DNA from: Candidatus Saccharimonadales bacterium
Lineage (GTDB): Bacteria > Patescibacteriota > Saccharimonadia > Saccharimonadales > UBA7683
Assembly: GCA_041738725.1 (NCBI GenBank)
Contig: JBGSPG010000022.1
Span: forward strand, 1 to 41,599
DNA length: 41,599 nt
Direction of reading: 5' to 3'
Of this stretch, positions 15,647-25,012 are shown piece after piece. A program made the translations under genes and the position numbers. Position 1 is the first letter of the stretch. Each line of letters starts with the position of its first letter. The notes under the pieces are model-generated. The model was not told the origin of the DNA and made no database searches. It was given only the letters and a program-made list of their open reading frames with translations.

Positions 15647-17146
15647 ATGCAAACAGCTACGCGGTGGGTCGTTGCGCTGGTATTTCTTTGTAGCCTAGTG
15701 CTACTATCACCTGCCCGTGTCTACGCCACAGCTACAGTAATCGCACCTCCAACAGTTAATGAAATCTACCCAAACGCACCCGGCTCATCTGAGTCGGGTT
15801 TTGAATTTATAGAGTTATTCAACAATTCAACAACAGATTTAGATGTTTCAGGCTATCAATTGCAGATTAAAGATAAAACGAAGGTCATGCTACTTACTGG
15901 AAGTATTCCGGCAGGTGGGTATAAGGCCTTTATTACAAGTTTCAGTTTACTTAATAGCGGTGAGATTGTGCAGTTAGCTCAGATTCAAGCCGGTGTGCCA
16001 GTTGTTATAGAAGAAGTCTCATATGGTTCGGGCGCCTTAGATACACAGTCGTGGTCAATATTTGAATCTGGTTGGGAGCTGGCACCAGTTACCAAAGATT
16101 CTATAAACACAAAATATACTGAAGAGTCTCCGGCTACAGACGCCTGTCCTGCTACGCCAGAGATTGATATCACGGTTCCCGATGGATATGTAATTAATCC
16201 AGATGGTAGTTGTACCCTTGTCGTAATTGCACCAGTCTGTTCAAACCAAATAGTCGTTAACGAAGTATTTTCAGATCCGATAGGGCTCGAGGCTGATGGC
16301 GGTGAATTTATAGAACTCTATAATCCTTCAGATCAAGCTGCATCCCTTGGTGCGTGTCAGTTACGTTCGAGTAAAAGCTCTCAGCTCATCCAAGTATTCA
16401 CCGATGCAGACACAGTTTCAGCAAAGGGTTACTACGTTGTCTATTCTGCCGATAAGTTAACTAACGCGAGCGGTTCAGTTACGTTTATGACTGACCAGAG
16501 GGAAGACGTGGTTTCATATTCCAATATGTATGAAGGTGATTCAATGTCGCTGTTTTCGTCTGGCTGGGAGATTACAAATGTCGCCACACCACAGTTAGAA
16601 AACCAACATAGCCTTGCCGCCGTCGAAGATCCAGCAGTAAACGCTACTACAACCGTTGCGGTCTTGTCACCATGCCCCGAAGGTAAATATAGAAGCCTGG
16701 AAACCAATAGATGCCGCTCTATCGAGGCTGCATCAGCAGCACTAACTGCATGTGATGAAGGCCAATATCGAAGTCCAGAAACTAACCGTTGCCGCAAAGT
16801 GACGAATGCGGTCGCCTCGCTTGCACCGTGCGGTGCGGGTGAAGAACGGAACCTTTCTACAAACCGCTGTCGTAAAATTGCCGCTGCGAGTACTCTAAAA
16901 GCCTGCGAGCCTGGCTCCGAGCGTAGCCCAGAAACTAACCGTTGTCGCAAAGTCTCAACGTTAAAAAATCCCGCACAATTAGCATCGCAAACAGAATCGG
17001 GTGGGTCAATTAGAATCGGACCAGGAATTGCCGGAGCGGTACTTGTGGCCGCTCTCGGCTATGGAATATACGAATATAGGTCTGATATTAAATCTGGGTT
17101 TACCAAGCTCAGGACTCATTTTATAAAGGGGAGGCCACCTGATTAG
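15647..17146 (+). CDS. Surface protein: signal peptide, two lamin-tail (LTD) domains, four Cys-pair repeats, C-terminal TM anchor
   Basis: VNEIYPNAPGSSESGFEFIELFNNS and VVNEVFSDPIGLEADGGEFIELYNPS (LTD signatures); four repeats of C-x2-G-x2-R-x3-TNRCR(K/S); C-terminal hydrophobic helix followed by basic residues. Confidence 0.7.
   Translation: MQTATRWVVALVFLCSLVLLSPARVYATATVIAPPTVNEIYPNAPGSSESGFEFIELFNNSTTDLDVSGYQLQIKDKTKVMLLTGSIPAGGYKAFITSFSLLNSGEIVQLAQIQAGVPVVIEEVSYGSGALDTQSWSIFESGWELAPVTKDSINTKYTEESPATDACPATPEIDITVPDGYVINPDGSCTLVVIAPVCSNQIVVNEVFSDPIGLEADGGEFIELYNPSDQAASLGACQLRSSKSSQLIQVFTDADTVSAKGYYVVYSADKLTNASGSVTFMTDQREDVVSYSNMYEGDSMSLFSSGWEITNVATPQLENQHSLAAVEDPAVNATTTVAVLSPCPEGKYRSLETNRCRSIEAASAALTACDEGQYRSPETNRCRKVTNAVASLAPCGAGEERNLSTNRCRKIAAASTLKACEPGSERSPETNRCRKVSTLKNPAQLASQTESGGSIRIGPGIAGAVLVAALGYGIYEYRSDIKSGFTKLRTHFIKGRPPD
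16673..16951 (+). repeat. Four in-frame tandem coding repeats (~75-81 nt) encoding the CxxGxxRxxxTNRCR motif
   Basis: CPEGKYRSLETNRCRS / CDEGQYRSPETNRCRK / CGAGEERNLSTNRCRK / CEPGSERSPETNRCRK. Confidence 0.85.
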
Positions 17147-17166
17147 TAGGCAGATAGTAGTAGTAT

Positions 17167-17190
17167 AAACTGGCACATTCGTGTCAGTTT
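17167..17190 (+). terminator. Intrinsic terminator after the LTD gene
   Basis: AAACTGGCAC-ATTC-GTGTCAGTTT (one G:T pair) followed by T-rich sequence. Confidence 0.6.
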
Positions 17191-17225
17191 ATTATTTACG
17201 GAGGGTTTACCAGGTATACTAGTAG

Positions 17226-18035
17226 ATGATGACTGCAAAAACACTGACAGAATATAAAGAATTTGGGTTGATGATGGCTCGTGAGGCCGGCGCAATTATG
17301 CGTAAGTACTCTCAGATCGATCAAGAGGTCGAACGTAAGAGTGATAACACCCCAGTTACCATTGCAGATAAAACTATTAATACGCTATTAATCGAACACG
17401 TTAAAATGACGTTTCCTGAACACGGCGTACTCGGTGAAGAAGAAAGTTACGAATCTGGACGTAAAATACTTTGGGTGTGTGATCCAATAGACGGAACGGT
17501 CTCGTATATTCTACACAGTCCACACAGTATGTTTTCACTTGCTTTGGTGCAAGACGGCACGGTACTCATTGCCGTTACCTACAACCCGTGGACAGATGAG
17601 TTATTTACGGCAGTAAAAGGAGAAGGTGCTACTTTGAACGGTCAGCAGATTTCTGTTAGTGACAGAAAATGGGGGCAGGAGGCTCGAATAGTAAGTACGT
17701 CAGACCCAATGCACAAGCCGTATCCAACAGATAGCCCAGAATCAATTTTAAAGATTCGCTCAGAAGGCAATAGGCTTTTTCACCTTTCTGGCGGTGTGTT
17801 TAAAGGAATGTTAGTTGCGCAAGGCTTTGCAGATGGCTTCACCTTCCCCTACACCTCAACTCATGATATCGCCGCAATTAAACTTATAGTTGAAGAGGCC
17901 GGCGGTACAGTTACAAACTTATCTGGCCACGAGCAGCGTTACGATGTACCAATCAATGGAGCAATTGTCAGTAACGGAAAAATCCACAAAGAACTAACAG
18001 ATATTGTGAGTGATTATGCGTATTCTGGGGATTGA
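17226..18035 (+). CDS. Inositol monophosphatase-family phosphatase
   Basis: GEEESY..., WVCDPIDGT, and the C-terminal HDIAAIKLIVEEAGG are typical IMPase/SuhB motifs. Confidence 0.8.
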   Translation: MMTAKTLTEYKEFGLMMAREAGAIMRKYSQIDQEVERKSDNTPVTIADKTINTLLIEHVKMTFPEHGVLGEEESYESGRKILWVCDPIDGTVSYILHSPHSMFSLALVQDGTVLIAVTYNPWTDELFTAVKGEGATLNGQQISVSDRKWGQEARIVSTSDPMHKPYPTDSPESILKIRSEGNRLFHLSGGVFKGMLVAQGFADGFTFPYTSTHDIAAIKLIVEEAGGTVTNLSGHEQRYDVPINGAIVSNGKIHKELTDIVSDYAYSGD

Positions 18036-18477
18036 TCCAGGCACAGGAATTGTCGGTTTTGGGGTTATAGACGCAGTCGGCCAGAAGAAGACTATGGTTG
18101 ATGCAGGGGTGATTCGGACACCAGCCCATCAGCCACTTGAAGAGCGATTACTGACTATATATAACGAAATCACAGAAATAATTGCCCTTAATAAGCCTGA
18201 GGTAATGTCTATCGAGCAACTATTTTTTGGCCGTAACGTTACTACGGCTATTAGCGTGAGTCATGCACGCGGGGTAATAGTTCTGGCTGCTCAGCAGGCA
18301 GGCCTTAAAATTGTAGAATACACCCCACCACAGATCAAACAGGCACTCACCGGAACGGGTAGTGCAGATAAAAAGCAGGTCCAAGCAATGGTAATGTTAC
18401 AGCTAAAACTGACCGAAGTACCCCAGCCAGACGACTGCGCAGATGCTCTTGCAGCCGCCCTGACATTTGCCCCGTAA
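18016..18477 (+). CDS. ruvC: Holliday junction resolvase RuvC
   Basis: MRILGIDPGTGIVGFG..., IEQLFFGRN, DDCADALAAAL; start taken at ATG 18016 (the ORF track begins at GTG 18010). Confidence 0.9.
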   Translation: MRILGIDPGTGIVGFGVIDAVGQKKTMVDAGVIRTPAHQPLEERLLTIYNEITEIIALNKPEVMSIEQLFFGRNVTTAISVSHARGVIVLAAQQAGLKIVEYTPPQIKQALTGTGSADKKQVQAMVMLQLKLTEVPQPDDCADALAAALTFAP

Positions 18478-18506
18478 ACACTTTACTTGATTTATTGTAA
18501 AAAGTA

Positions 18507-18535
18507 TTGACAAACATAAGCTTTTCTGCTAGTAT
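18507..18535 (+). promoter_or_regulatory. Strong sigma70-type promoter inside the ruvC-ruvA gap
   Basis: TTGACA (18507-18512), 17-nt spacer, TGc-TAGTAT (18530-18535). Confidence 0.6.
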
Positions 18536-18577
18536 AAAAGAGTAAACAATAAAACAAACACGAAAGGAACGAGCATC

Positions 18578-18721
18578 ATGCCCGAACATCTTAAAGACGC
18601 CCCAGAAACAGAAGAATTTCACAATTACTTACAAAGTTTTGTGAAGACGAAAGAGAAGCAACATCGACGTAAAGTACTTTCAGAAGTAATGACTTCGCTT
18701 TCCTTAATGATTGCAGGGTAG
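18578..18721 (+). CDS. Candidate 47-codon small ORF (MPEHLKDAPETEEFHNYLQSFVKTKEKQHRRKVLSEVMTSLSLMIAG)
   Basis: ATG preceded by AAAGGAA about 10 nt upstream and by the promoter at 18507; below the 60-aa ORF-track cutoff; no family recognised. Confidence 0.25.
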   Translation: MPEHLKDAPETEEFHNYLQSFVKTKEKQHRRKVLSEVMTSLSLMIAG

Positions 18722-18962
18722 GGTAGCCTACAGTGAACGCCGTTGTTGTGTTAATGAGCTTACGGATGAGTTTAAACTCCGAGATGGTGATACTCGACTC
18801 ACGAAGATCCGCCAATCTCAGACAAAATTTGAGCGGTAAAAACTAATTTTTCTTTCCTCATTGTAGCCACAGCTACACTTCTGGCAGATAAAATTACTTT
18901 TACCTCACTCAAAATATAATCTGAACAGTGCCAGTTCTTTGTAACTCGAGTATACTTACAGT

Positions 18963-19544
18963 ATGATCGCAACACTTCACGGCTTGGTAACCGAAAAAAA
19001 CAATAACATTGTTATTGAATGTCACGGCGTTGGTTACGGGGTAGTTGTAACACTTTCAGATTTTGGTGTGCTTCATACCGGTACAGAAGCAAAACTGTAT
19101 ATATATGAGCACATTAAAGAAGATGCACACGATTTGTATGGATTTATCTCAAAAGAAACAAAACAACTTTTTATACAACTTCTTGGGGTAAAAAATGTAG
19201 GTCCTAAAGTTGCACTCGCAGTGGTTGATATTGGTCAGCTCGGTTCAGTACGCGCCGCAATTGCACAGGGTGATGTTAAGTTACTGCAAACAGCAAAAGG
19301 TGTTGGTAAACGTGCAGCCGAACAGATAGTTGTAGAGCTAAGAGACAAAATGGGTGCGCCAGTAGGTGACGGCGCCGAACAGCTTATAAACAGAGCGGGG
19401 ATTAATCAGCACGACGAGGCACTTCAGGCACTCGTTTCTTTAGGGTACAGCGAGTATGATGCCTCAGCCGTACTTTCAACTATAGATCCCCTACTTTCAG
19501 TTGAAGATCGTATCAAACTTGCGTTGAAGGGTGGTAACGCGTGA
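18963..19544 (+). CDS. ruvA: Holliday junction branch-migration complex subunit RuvA
   Basis: MIATLHG...GVGYGV..., HhH region LLGVKNVGPKVALAV / TAKGVGKRAAEQIVVEL, C-terminal domain III. Confidence 0.9.
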   Translation: MIATLHGLVTEKNNNIVIECHGVGYGVVVTLSDFGVLHTGTEAKLYIYEHIKEDAHDLYGFISKETKQLFIQLLGVKNVGPKVALAVVDIGQLGSVRAAIAQGDVKLLQTAKGVGKRAAEQIVVELRDKMGAPVGDGAEQLINRAGINQHDEALQALVSLGYSEYDASAVLSTIDPLLSVEDRIKLALKGGNA

Positions 19545-20329
19545 GTACTGACAAAAAAACTGTCGCAGCATATAATGCTGGTGCCGATGAGTATGACTCT
19601 CATGTGTCGAACCCTGACGAGTCTATTTACCACTCATACTATGAGAAGCCATCAATGCACACTTTGGTAGGTGACGTGAAGGGTAAAACAATTCTGAGTA
19701 TTGGATGCGGCAGCGGAGTCGATACCCAGTGGTTTGTAGATCAAGGTGCAAAAAAAGTAGTCGGAGTAGATATATCAGAGGGTCTGATAACAATAGCAAA
19801 GAAGAAGTTCCCGGATATTGTATTTAAAGTTATGGACATGGAGTCTCTGGACTTTGAAGATGAGACATTTGATCTAACGTATTCTAGTTTGGCAATTCAT
19901 TATCTTGCTGACTGGACTACTGCACTTAAAGAAGCACGGCGAGCACTAAAGCCAGGAGGAAGGTATGTGTTCTCATGTGGACATCCAATTGATAGTGCAA
20001 AAGAATATTTTAAAGACGAAATGCAAGAAGGAAGCTTGATTGGTAAAGTGAAGTATCTCAAGTCTGGCGAGAGCAGGCAGTTTGGTGATTATATTCATAT
20101 TGAGACTGGGGGCGTAACACCACTCTATATGCCCCTGACAGAAAACCTAAGAGTAACCACATACACGCAAACATTCTCTAATATGGTGCGCTATATAACA
20201 GACTCAGGGTTTACGATTGAACAATGTGTTGATCCACTACCGATTAAAGACATGCAGAGAGTTGATAGCAGTACATACAACAGGCTGAGAAAGTACCCGT
20301 TTTTTATACTATGGAGTCTGAGGAAATAA
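19541..20329 (+). CDS. Class I SAM-dependent methyltransferase
   Basis: [11 protein letters not shown] (motif I), [16 protein letters not shown]; GTGA overlap with the ruvA stop. Confidence 0.8.
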   Translation: MSTDKKTVAAYNAGADEYDSHVSNPDESIYHSYYEKPSMHTLVGDVKGKTILSIGCGSGVDTQWFVDQGAKKVVGVDISEGLITIAKKKFPDIVFKVMDMESLDFEDETFDLTYSSLAIHYLADWTTALKEARRALKPGGRYVFSCGHPIDSAKEYFKDEMQEGSLIGKVKYLKSGESRQFGDYIHIETGGVTPLYMPLTENLRVTTYTQTFSNMVRYITDSGFTIEQCVDPLPIKDMQRVDSSTYNRLRKYPFFILWSLRK

Positions 20330-20330
20330 T

Positions 20331-21368
20331 ATGGCGATAGACAGAATTGTTAACACTACTGTAGATGAGGTTGATCAGGTTGAAGAGCGGTTTGAAAACA
20401 CGCTTCGGCCGAAGGATTTTGCTAACTATATCGGGCAAGAGAGACTAAAGAAGAACTTAAAGCTGGCGATTGATGCGGCCAAGATGCGCGGTGAACCAGT
20501 AGACCATGTGCTTTTGTATGGGCCTCCCGGCCTTGGTAAAACCACAATGGCTAGCGTGATTGCGAACGAAATGGGTGCGCAGATTCGTATCACGAGCGGT
20601 CCGGCAATATCACGAGCAGCTGATCTCGCAAGTCTGCTGACTAGCCTGCAAGACGGTGACATTTTATTTATAGATGAGATCCACCGGCTCAGTACTACAA
20701 TTGAAGAGGTGCTCTACGCCGCAATGGAAGATTTTAAATTAGACATTATGCTTGGCAAGGGCCCAACAGCGAAGAGCCTGCGTTTAGATTTACCAAAGTT
20801 TACGATTATCGGTGCAACTACTCGCATGGGTGATTTGGCCGCACCACTTCGAGATAGATTTGGTATTATGCACCGTCTAGAGTTTTATACCGAGCAAGAA
20901 ATTGAACAGATTATATCCCGTTCAGCAGACATTTTAAAAGTGAAGATTCAACCTGGCGCCACAAAAGAACTTGCTACAAGGGCACGCCTGACGCCACGTA
21001 TTGCCAATAGGCTTCTGAAGCGAACGAGAGATTACGCAGACATTAACGGTGACGGTATTATTGATACGGTGATTGCAGATCATGCACTGACACTGCTAGA
21101 GATAGATCACATTGGGCTTGATCCAGCAGACAGAAGGCTACTCGAAACAATAATTAACAATCATAATGGTGGCCCCGTTGGTGTTGAGACGCTAGCTGCG
21201 ATTACGGGTGATGAACGTTCAACGATAGAAGATTTTTTTGAGCCGTACTTGCTTCAAATCGGGTTCTTAGAACGGACACCTCGCGGCCGCAAGGTTACAC
21301 CACGTGCGTATGAACATCTTGGCAAAGTAAAAATATCAGATTCTGACATTCAAGAATCATTGCTATAA
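20331..21368 (+). CDS. ruvB: Holliday junction DNA helicase RuvB
   Basis: [13 protein letters not shown], Walker [10 protein letters not shown], Walker [10 protein letters not shown], sensor [16 protein letters not shown]. Confidence 0.95.
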   Translation: MAIDRIVNTTVDEVDQVEERFENTLRPKDFANYIGQERLKKNLKLAIDAAKMRGEPVDHVLLYGPPGLGKTTMASVIANEMGAQIRITSGPAISRAADLASLLTSLQDGDILFIDEIHRLSTTIEEVLYAAMEDFKLDIMLGKGPTAKSLRLDLPKFTIIGATTRMGDLAAPLRDRFGIMHRLEFYTEQEIEQIISRSADILKVKIQPGATKELATRARLTPRIANRLLKRTRDYADINGDGIIDTVIADHALTLLEIDHIGLDPADRRLLETIINNHNGGPVGVETLAAITGDERSTIEDFFEPYLLQIGFLERTPRGRKVTPRAYEHLGKVKISDSDIQESLL

Positions 21369-21375
21369 TACCAAC

Positions 21376-22098
21376 ATGGTAAAAAGCACAGACAACCAAG
21401 CAGTAAAACGAATTAAAGATGTTGCTCGCGTTGCACTCGGAAGACCGAATGCCTCTACTAATTCAACGGAGCCACAAGCCGAGCTTACCGGTGTCACGCC
21501 AAACTATCGTGAAGATGCATCGGGAAAAACTGAAGATAGGGCGGGTGTTCCCAAAGAGTTTTTGTATTTGTTCGAACACGACCCAAGCGAAATAATTTTA
21601 GAACAAGCGCTGCGCCACCCATTTGGGATGTATCTAATATATGCAGTAACTATTTTTGTTGTGATGCTCGTGATGACATTTATGGGTGCGGTGATGGTAG
21701 ACCCTGAAGCAGTACTGGGAATGGGACTGAGCGAATCCGCAGCCACCTTTTTGGGCTTGGCTGGAATACTAGTGATGTCAGGAAGTGTTATTGGCGGGAT
21801 GCTATCAGCTTATGTGTACGGTAAAAGTCGGATCATACTAACAAACCAGAAGGTAGTACTAATTCAGTACCATAGTTTGTTTGCTCGGGAAGTTTCTCAG
21901 CTAAACATTGCAGAGGTTGAAGACGTAAACGTCTCTCAGCCGACAATTATCAATAGAATATTTAAGGCAGGTACAATTACCATAGAGACTGCCGGTGAGC
22001 AGAATAACTATACTCTTACCTGGGTAAGTAAACCGTATGAATTTGCGAATCACACTATTCAGGCGCATGAAGGATCTATCGCCGAATACGGCGCGTAA
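21376..22098 (+). CDS. Membrane protein with a bacterial PH (bPH_2/YdbT-like) domain
   Basis: Two TM helices, then ILTNQKVVLIQYHSLFAREVSQLNIAEVEDVNVSQP...ITIETAG, typical of bPH_2; TGcTATAAT (-10 at 21364-21369) lies 6 nt upstream of the ATG. Confidence 0.55.
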   Translation: MVKSTDNQAVKRIKDVARVALGRPNASTNSTEPQAELTGVTPNYREDASGKTEDRAGVPKEFLYLFEHDPSEIILEQALRHPFGMYLIYAVTIFVVMLVMTFMGAVMVDPEAVLGMGLSESAATFLGLAGILVMSGSVIGGMLSAYVYGKSRIILTNQKVVLIQYHSLFAREVSQLNIAEVEDVNVSQPTIINRIFKAGTITIETAGEQNNYTLTWVSKPYEFANHTIQAHEGSIAEYGA

Positions 22099-22105
22099 TT
22101 GAGAC

Positions 22106-22507
22106 TTAGCGTATTAGGCTGAGTTTTATAAATGGTGCTTCTTTTTCGAGTTCTGTTGCAAGGGTGAAGCTCTTACATTTTGCCTCTGTGCATCCGGTCG
22201 GAGTATACACATACAAACTATCTGTTTGACCAATTGCATTCCCGTTACTGTCTTTGAGACTTTCGGGATCGATACCTTTTAGAATTGCGACACTAATAGC
22301 TTGGGGGTAGTGGCCATTCTTTTCATGAAATGCCTCGAGTTGGTAATACACAGAGTTGACATCACTTTTACGGGTAGCGTCTCTTTGCTCTGCACGTACC
22401 CCGCGGATGTTAGTCAGCGCCAATACGGTGACTGCAGAGAGTGCAACTATGCACACCATTAGTTCAATAATTGTGAAACCGCCTGAAGTGAGTGATTGTT
22501 TTTTCAT
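22106..22507 (-). CDS. Type IV pilin-like protein (orphan)
   Basis: Prepilin leader and processing site MKKQSLTSGG/FTIIELMVCIVAL with Glu at +5; two C-terminal Cys (CTEAKC). Confidence 0.75.
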   Translation of the reverse strand: MKKQSLTSGGFTIIELMVCIVALSAVTVLALTNIRGVRAEQRDATRKSDVNSVYYQLEAFHEKNGHYPQAISVAILKGIDPESLKDSNGNAIGQTDSLYVYTPTGCTEAKCKSFTLATELEKEAPFIKLSLIR

Positions 22508-22587
22508 ATACTCCTATTGTAGCAAACTGCTGAGTAGTTATAATAGTACATGATGAGGGTGGATAATCACTGAAAGTGAGGGCAGTA

Positions 22588-23649
22588 ATGGTAAAATCAA
22601 GTACTAAGACTACAAAAAAATCGGAAGTAGTAGAAAAATCTGGTAATCAAAAGGAACTGACCGGTAAGCAAAAGGCGCTTGGGCTTGCAATGGAACAGAT
22701 CACCAAACAATTTGGTGATGGGGCAATTATGAAGTTGGGTGAATCTCACGCTTCTGATGTTGAACTCTTTAGTTCTGGTGCACTTTCAGTTGATCTAGCA
22801 CTCGGCGGTGGTTTTCCGAAAGGGCGAATTATAGAAGTATATGGTCCAGAATCGAGTGGTAAAACTACTCTCACGCTTCATGCGATTGCTGAAATTCAAA
22901 GACAGGGTGGCACAGCAGCTTTTATAGATGCAGAGCATGCACTCGACCCTCAGTACGCCAAGCGGCTTGGTGTAGATACCGAAAATTTATTTGTATCTCA
23001 ACCAGATAACGGTGAGCAGGCCCTAGAAATCTGTGAAACACTCGTGCGCTCGAACGCGGTTGATCTAGTAGTGGTAGATTCAGTTGCAGCACTGACTCCA
23101 CAGGCAGAGATCGAAGGAGAAATGGGCGATAGCCACATGGGGCTTCAGGCACGCTTAATGAGCCAGGCGCTTAGAAAACTAACGGGTATTATAAATAAGA
23201 GTCAGTGTACAGTCATCTTTATTAACCAGATTCGCATGAAGATAGGTGTCATGTTTGGTAACCCAGAAACTACAACGGGTGGTAACGCGTTGAAGTTTTA
23301 TTCATCCGTTCGTATTGATATTCGCCGAATAGGGCAGATTAAAGATGGTGATAACATTGTCGGCAACAGAACCAAGGTCAAGGTTGTTAAAAATAAGGTT
23401 GCTCCCCCATTTAGAATTGCCGAATTCGACATTATGTATAACGAAGGAATTTCTAAAACGGGTGATGCGGTAGACCTAGGTGTCCTATACGGAATAGTTG
23501 GTAAGGCCGGCGCGTGGTTCGATTACAACGATGCCAAAATTGGCCAAGGCCGCGAAGCCTCGAAGCGCTACTTGCAGGAAAATCCAAAAGTTTTAGAAGA
23601 GATCATTACAAAAGTGAAGGCTGCCGCAGCTGCGAAGGCTGCTGAATAA
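22588..23649 (+). CDS. recA: Recombinase RecA
   Basis: [19 protein letters not shown], Walker [27 protein letters not shown]; start set at ATG 22588 (GAGGG 5 nt upstream) rather than GTG 22576. Confidence 0.95.
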   Translation: MVKSSTKTTKKSEVVEKSGNQKELTGKQKALGLAMEQITKQFGDGAIMKLGESHASDVELFSSGALSVDLALGGGFPKGRIIEVYGPESSGKTTLTLHAIAEIQRQGGTAAFIDAEHALDPQYAKRLGVDTENLFVSQPDNGEQALEICETLVRSNAVDLVVVDSVAALTPQAEIEGEMGDSHMGLQARLMSQALRKLTGIINKSQCTVIFINQIRMKIGVMFGNPETTTGGNALKFYSSVRIDIRRIGQIKDGDNIVGNRTKVKVVKNKVAPPFRIAEFDIMYNEGISKTGDAVDLGVLYGIVGKAGAWFDYNDAKIGQGREASKRYLQENPKVLEEIITKVKAAAAAKAAE

Positions 23650-23659
23650 TAGAGCAGTA

Positions 23660-24100
23660 ATGACGACTACTGGTCACGCAGTAACTGGTGCATTAATTGC
23701 AACGCTTGTGAGGCAGCCGCTTCTGGCTATACCGCTTGCCTTCGCGAGTCATTTTGTGTGTGACGCCCTACCTCATTTTGGGCTTGGTATGAAGTTTGGC
23801 AGTAAAAAAATGTATTACTGGTTAGTAATAGATGGACTTGTTGCTCTTTGTATCGCAGTGTTTCTTATATACATAGGGGTTGCAGACCCAGTACTGCTTG
23901 CAGTCTGTGGTTTTGCGGCGATGTCTCCAGATTTGGCGTGGCTCTATTATGGGCTCAGAGGTGAGCATGGTGACTATAAAAAATATGACTGGATCTCACG
24001 GTTTCACTCCAAAATACAGTGGTACGAAAAACCTCAAGGAATACTAGTCGATCTAGTGTGGTCAATTGTAATGGTGGCTGGTATTGTAAGTTTACAATGA
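23660..24100 (+). CDS. Small membrane protein, possibly DUF457/YdjM-like membrane-bound metal-dependent hydrolase
   Basis: 146 aa, four helices; N-terminal TTGHAVTG and SHFVCDALPH resemble the DUF457 His/Asp pattern (weak). Confidence 0.4.
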   Translation: MTTTGHAVTGALIATLVRQPLLAIPLAFASHFVCDALPHFGLGMKFGSKKMYYWLVIDGLVALCIAVFLIYIGVADPVLLAVCGFAAMSPDLAWLYYGLRGEHGDYKKYDWISRFHSKIQWYEKPQGILVDLVWSIVMVAGIVSLQ

Positions 24101-24780
24101 AGATTACTAAGATTTCTCAGCAGGTAAAGCGGCCAGATCGGTATTCGATCTATATTGATGAGACCTACTCATTTTCTTTAAATGAGTATCAATTGGCGGG
24201 ATCCGGGCTGCGTATTGGTAGGGAGTTTACACTAGTAGAACTAGAAGAACTTCAGCAAGAATCTCAGTTTGGTAAGGCGTACGAACGGACATTAAACTAC
24301 ATTCTAATCAGACCACGTTCTGAAAAAGAGATTCGCGATTACTTAACACGGACGTTTATGTATCCAAAGCCAAAAGTATTTATGGATAAAGCGGGGAATA
24401 GAGTTATTCAAAAACGTGAGGTTAATAAAACCCAGGTTAGCCAGGTAATTGAAAGAGTCCTGGAACGCTTAAACGAAAAAAAGTACATAAACGACGAGGC
24501 GTTCGCTCGCGCCTGGGTGCAATCACGACAGTTTACAAAAAAATCGAGTACGAGAAGAATGCAACAAGAGCTACAAGCAAAAGGTGTTGACCAAGAAATA
24601 ATTGCGACAGTATTGCAAAATGAAGACATTGATGAACGAGATAACCTGAGGCTTTTAGTTGAAAAAAAGCGGAAGTTAAGTCGGTATCAAGATGATGCAA
24701 AGCTTATCCCCTATTTGGTTCGTCAGGGTTTCACGTATAGTGATGTTAAGGCAGTGCTAGAGGGGATGGATGATGAGTAG
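24097..24780 (+). CDS. recX: Recombination regulator RecX
   Basis: MKITKISQQVKRPDRYSIYIDE..., repeated three-helix modules (ERTLNYILIRPRSEKEIRDYL, ERVLERLNEKKYINDEAFARAW); ATGA overlap with the upstream gene; the track's longer N-terminus lies out of frame inside the upstream CDS. Confidence 0.8.
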   Translation: MKITKISQQVKRPDRYSIYIDETYSFSLNEYQLAGSGLRIGREFTLVELEELQQESQFGKAYERTLNYILIRPRSEKEIRDYLTRTFMYPKPKVFMDKAGNRVIQKREVNKTQVSQVIERVLERLNEKKYINDEAFARAWVQSRQFTKKSSTRRMQQELQAKGVDQEIIATVLQNEDIDERDNLRLLVEKKRKLSRYQDDAKLIPYLVRQGFTYSDVKAVLEGMDDE

Positions 24781-25012
24781 CAAGGAGGGTGCCCCAAAGA
24801 TCACGCTCGAACTTCAGATAGAGCAAGAAGCTTCTAGGCTTGACTGCGAACTACGTGGTGCGCTGGCTGACTTGATCAAATTATTTGCGTGCTTACTGAA
24901 GAGCTCGTGGCCTCCGAGGGTCAACCTGGCAGCCTCGATACAACTGAACTAAGTGACGCGATAAAACAGTACAAAACCGCGCGTAAAGAGTTACTTAAAG
25001 CGGCGGAAATTT

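Noticed and set aside
16441-16950. 169-aa minus-strand ORF and apparent DNA repeats, considered as a separate gene or a CRISPR-like array
   Set aside because: The repeats are in-frame coding repeats of the plus-strand LTD protein (CxxGxxRxxxTNRCR). They are contiguous with no unique spacers. The antisense ORF is a by-product of repeat composition.
24019-24096. Longer N-terminus for RecX (MVRKTSRNTS...)
   Set aside because: This part lies out of frame inside the upstream membrane-protein CDS. ATG 24097 gives the canonical RecX N-terminus and a typical ATGA coupling overlap.
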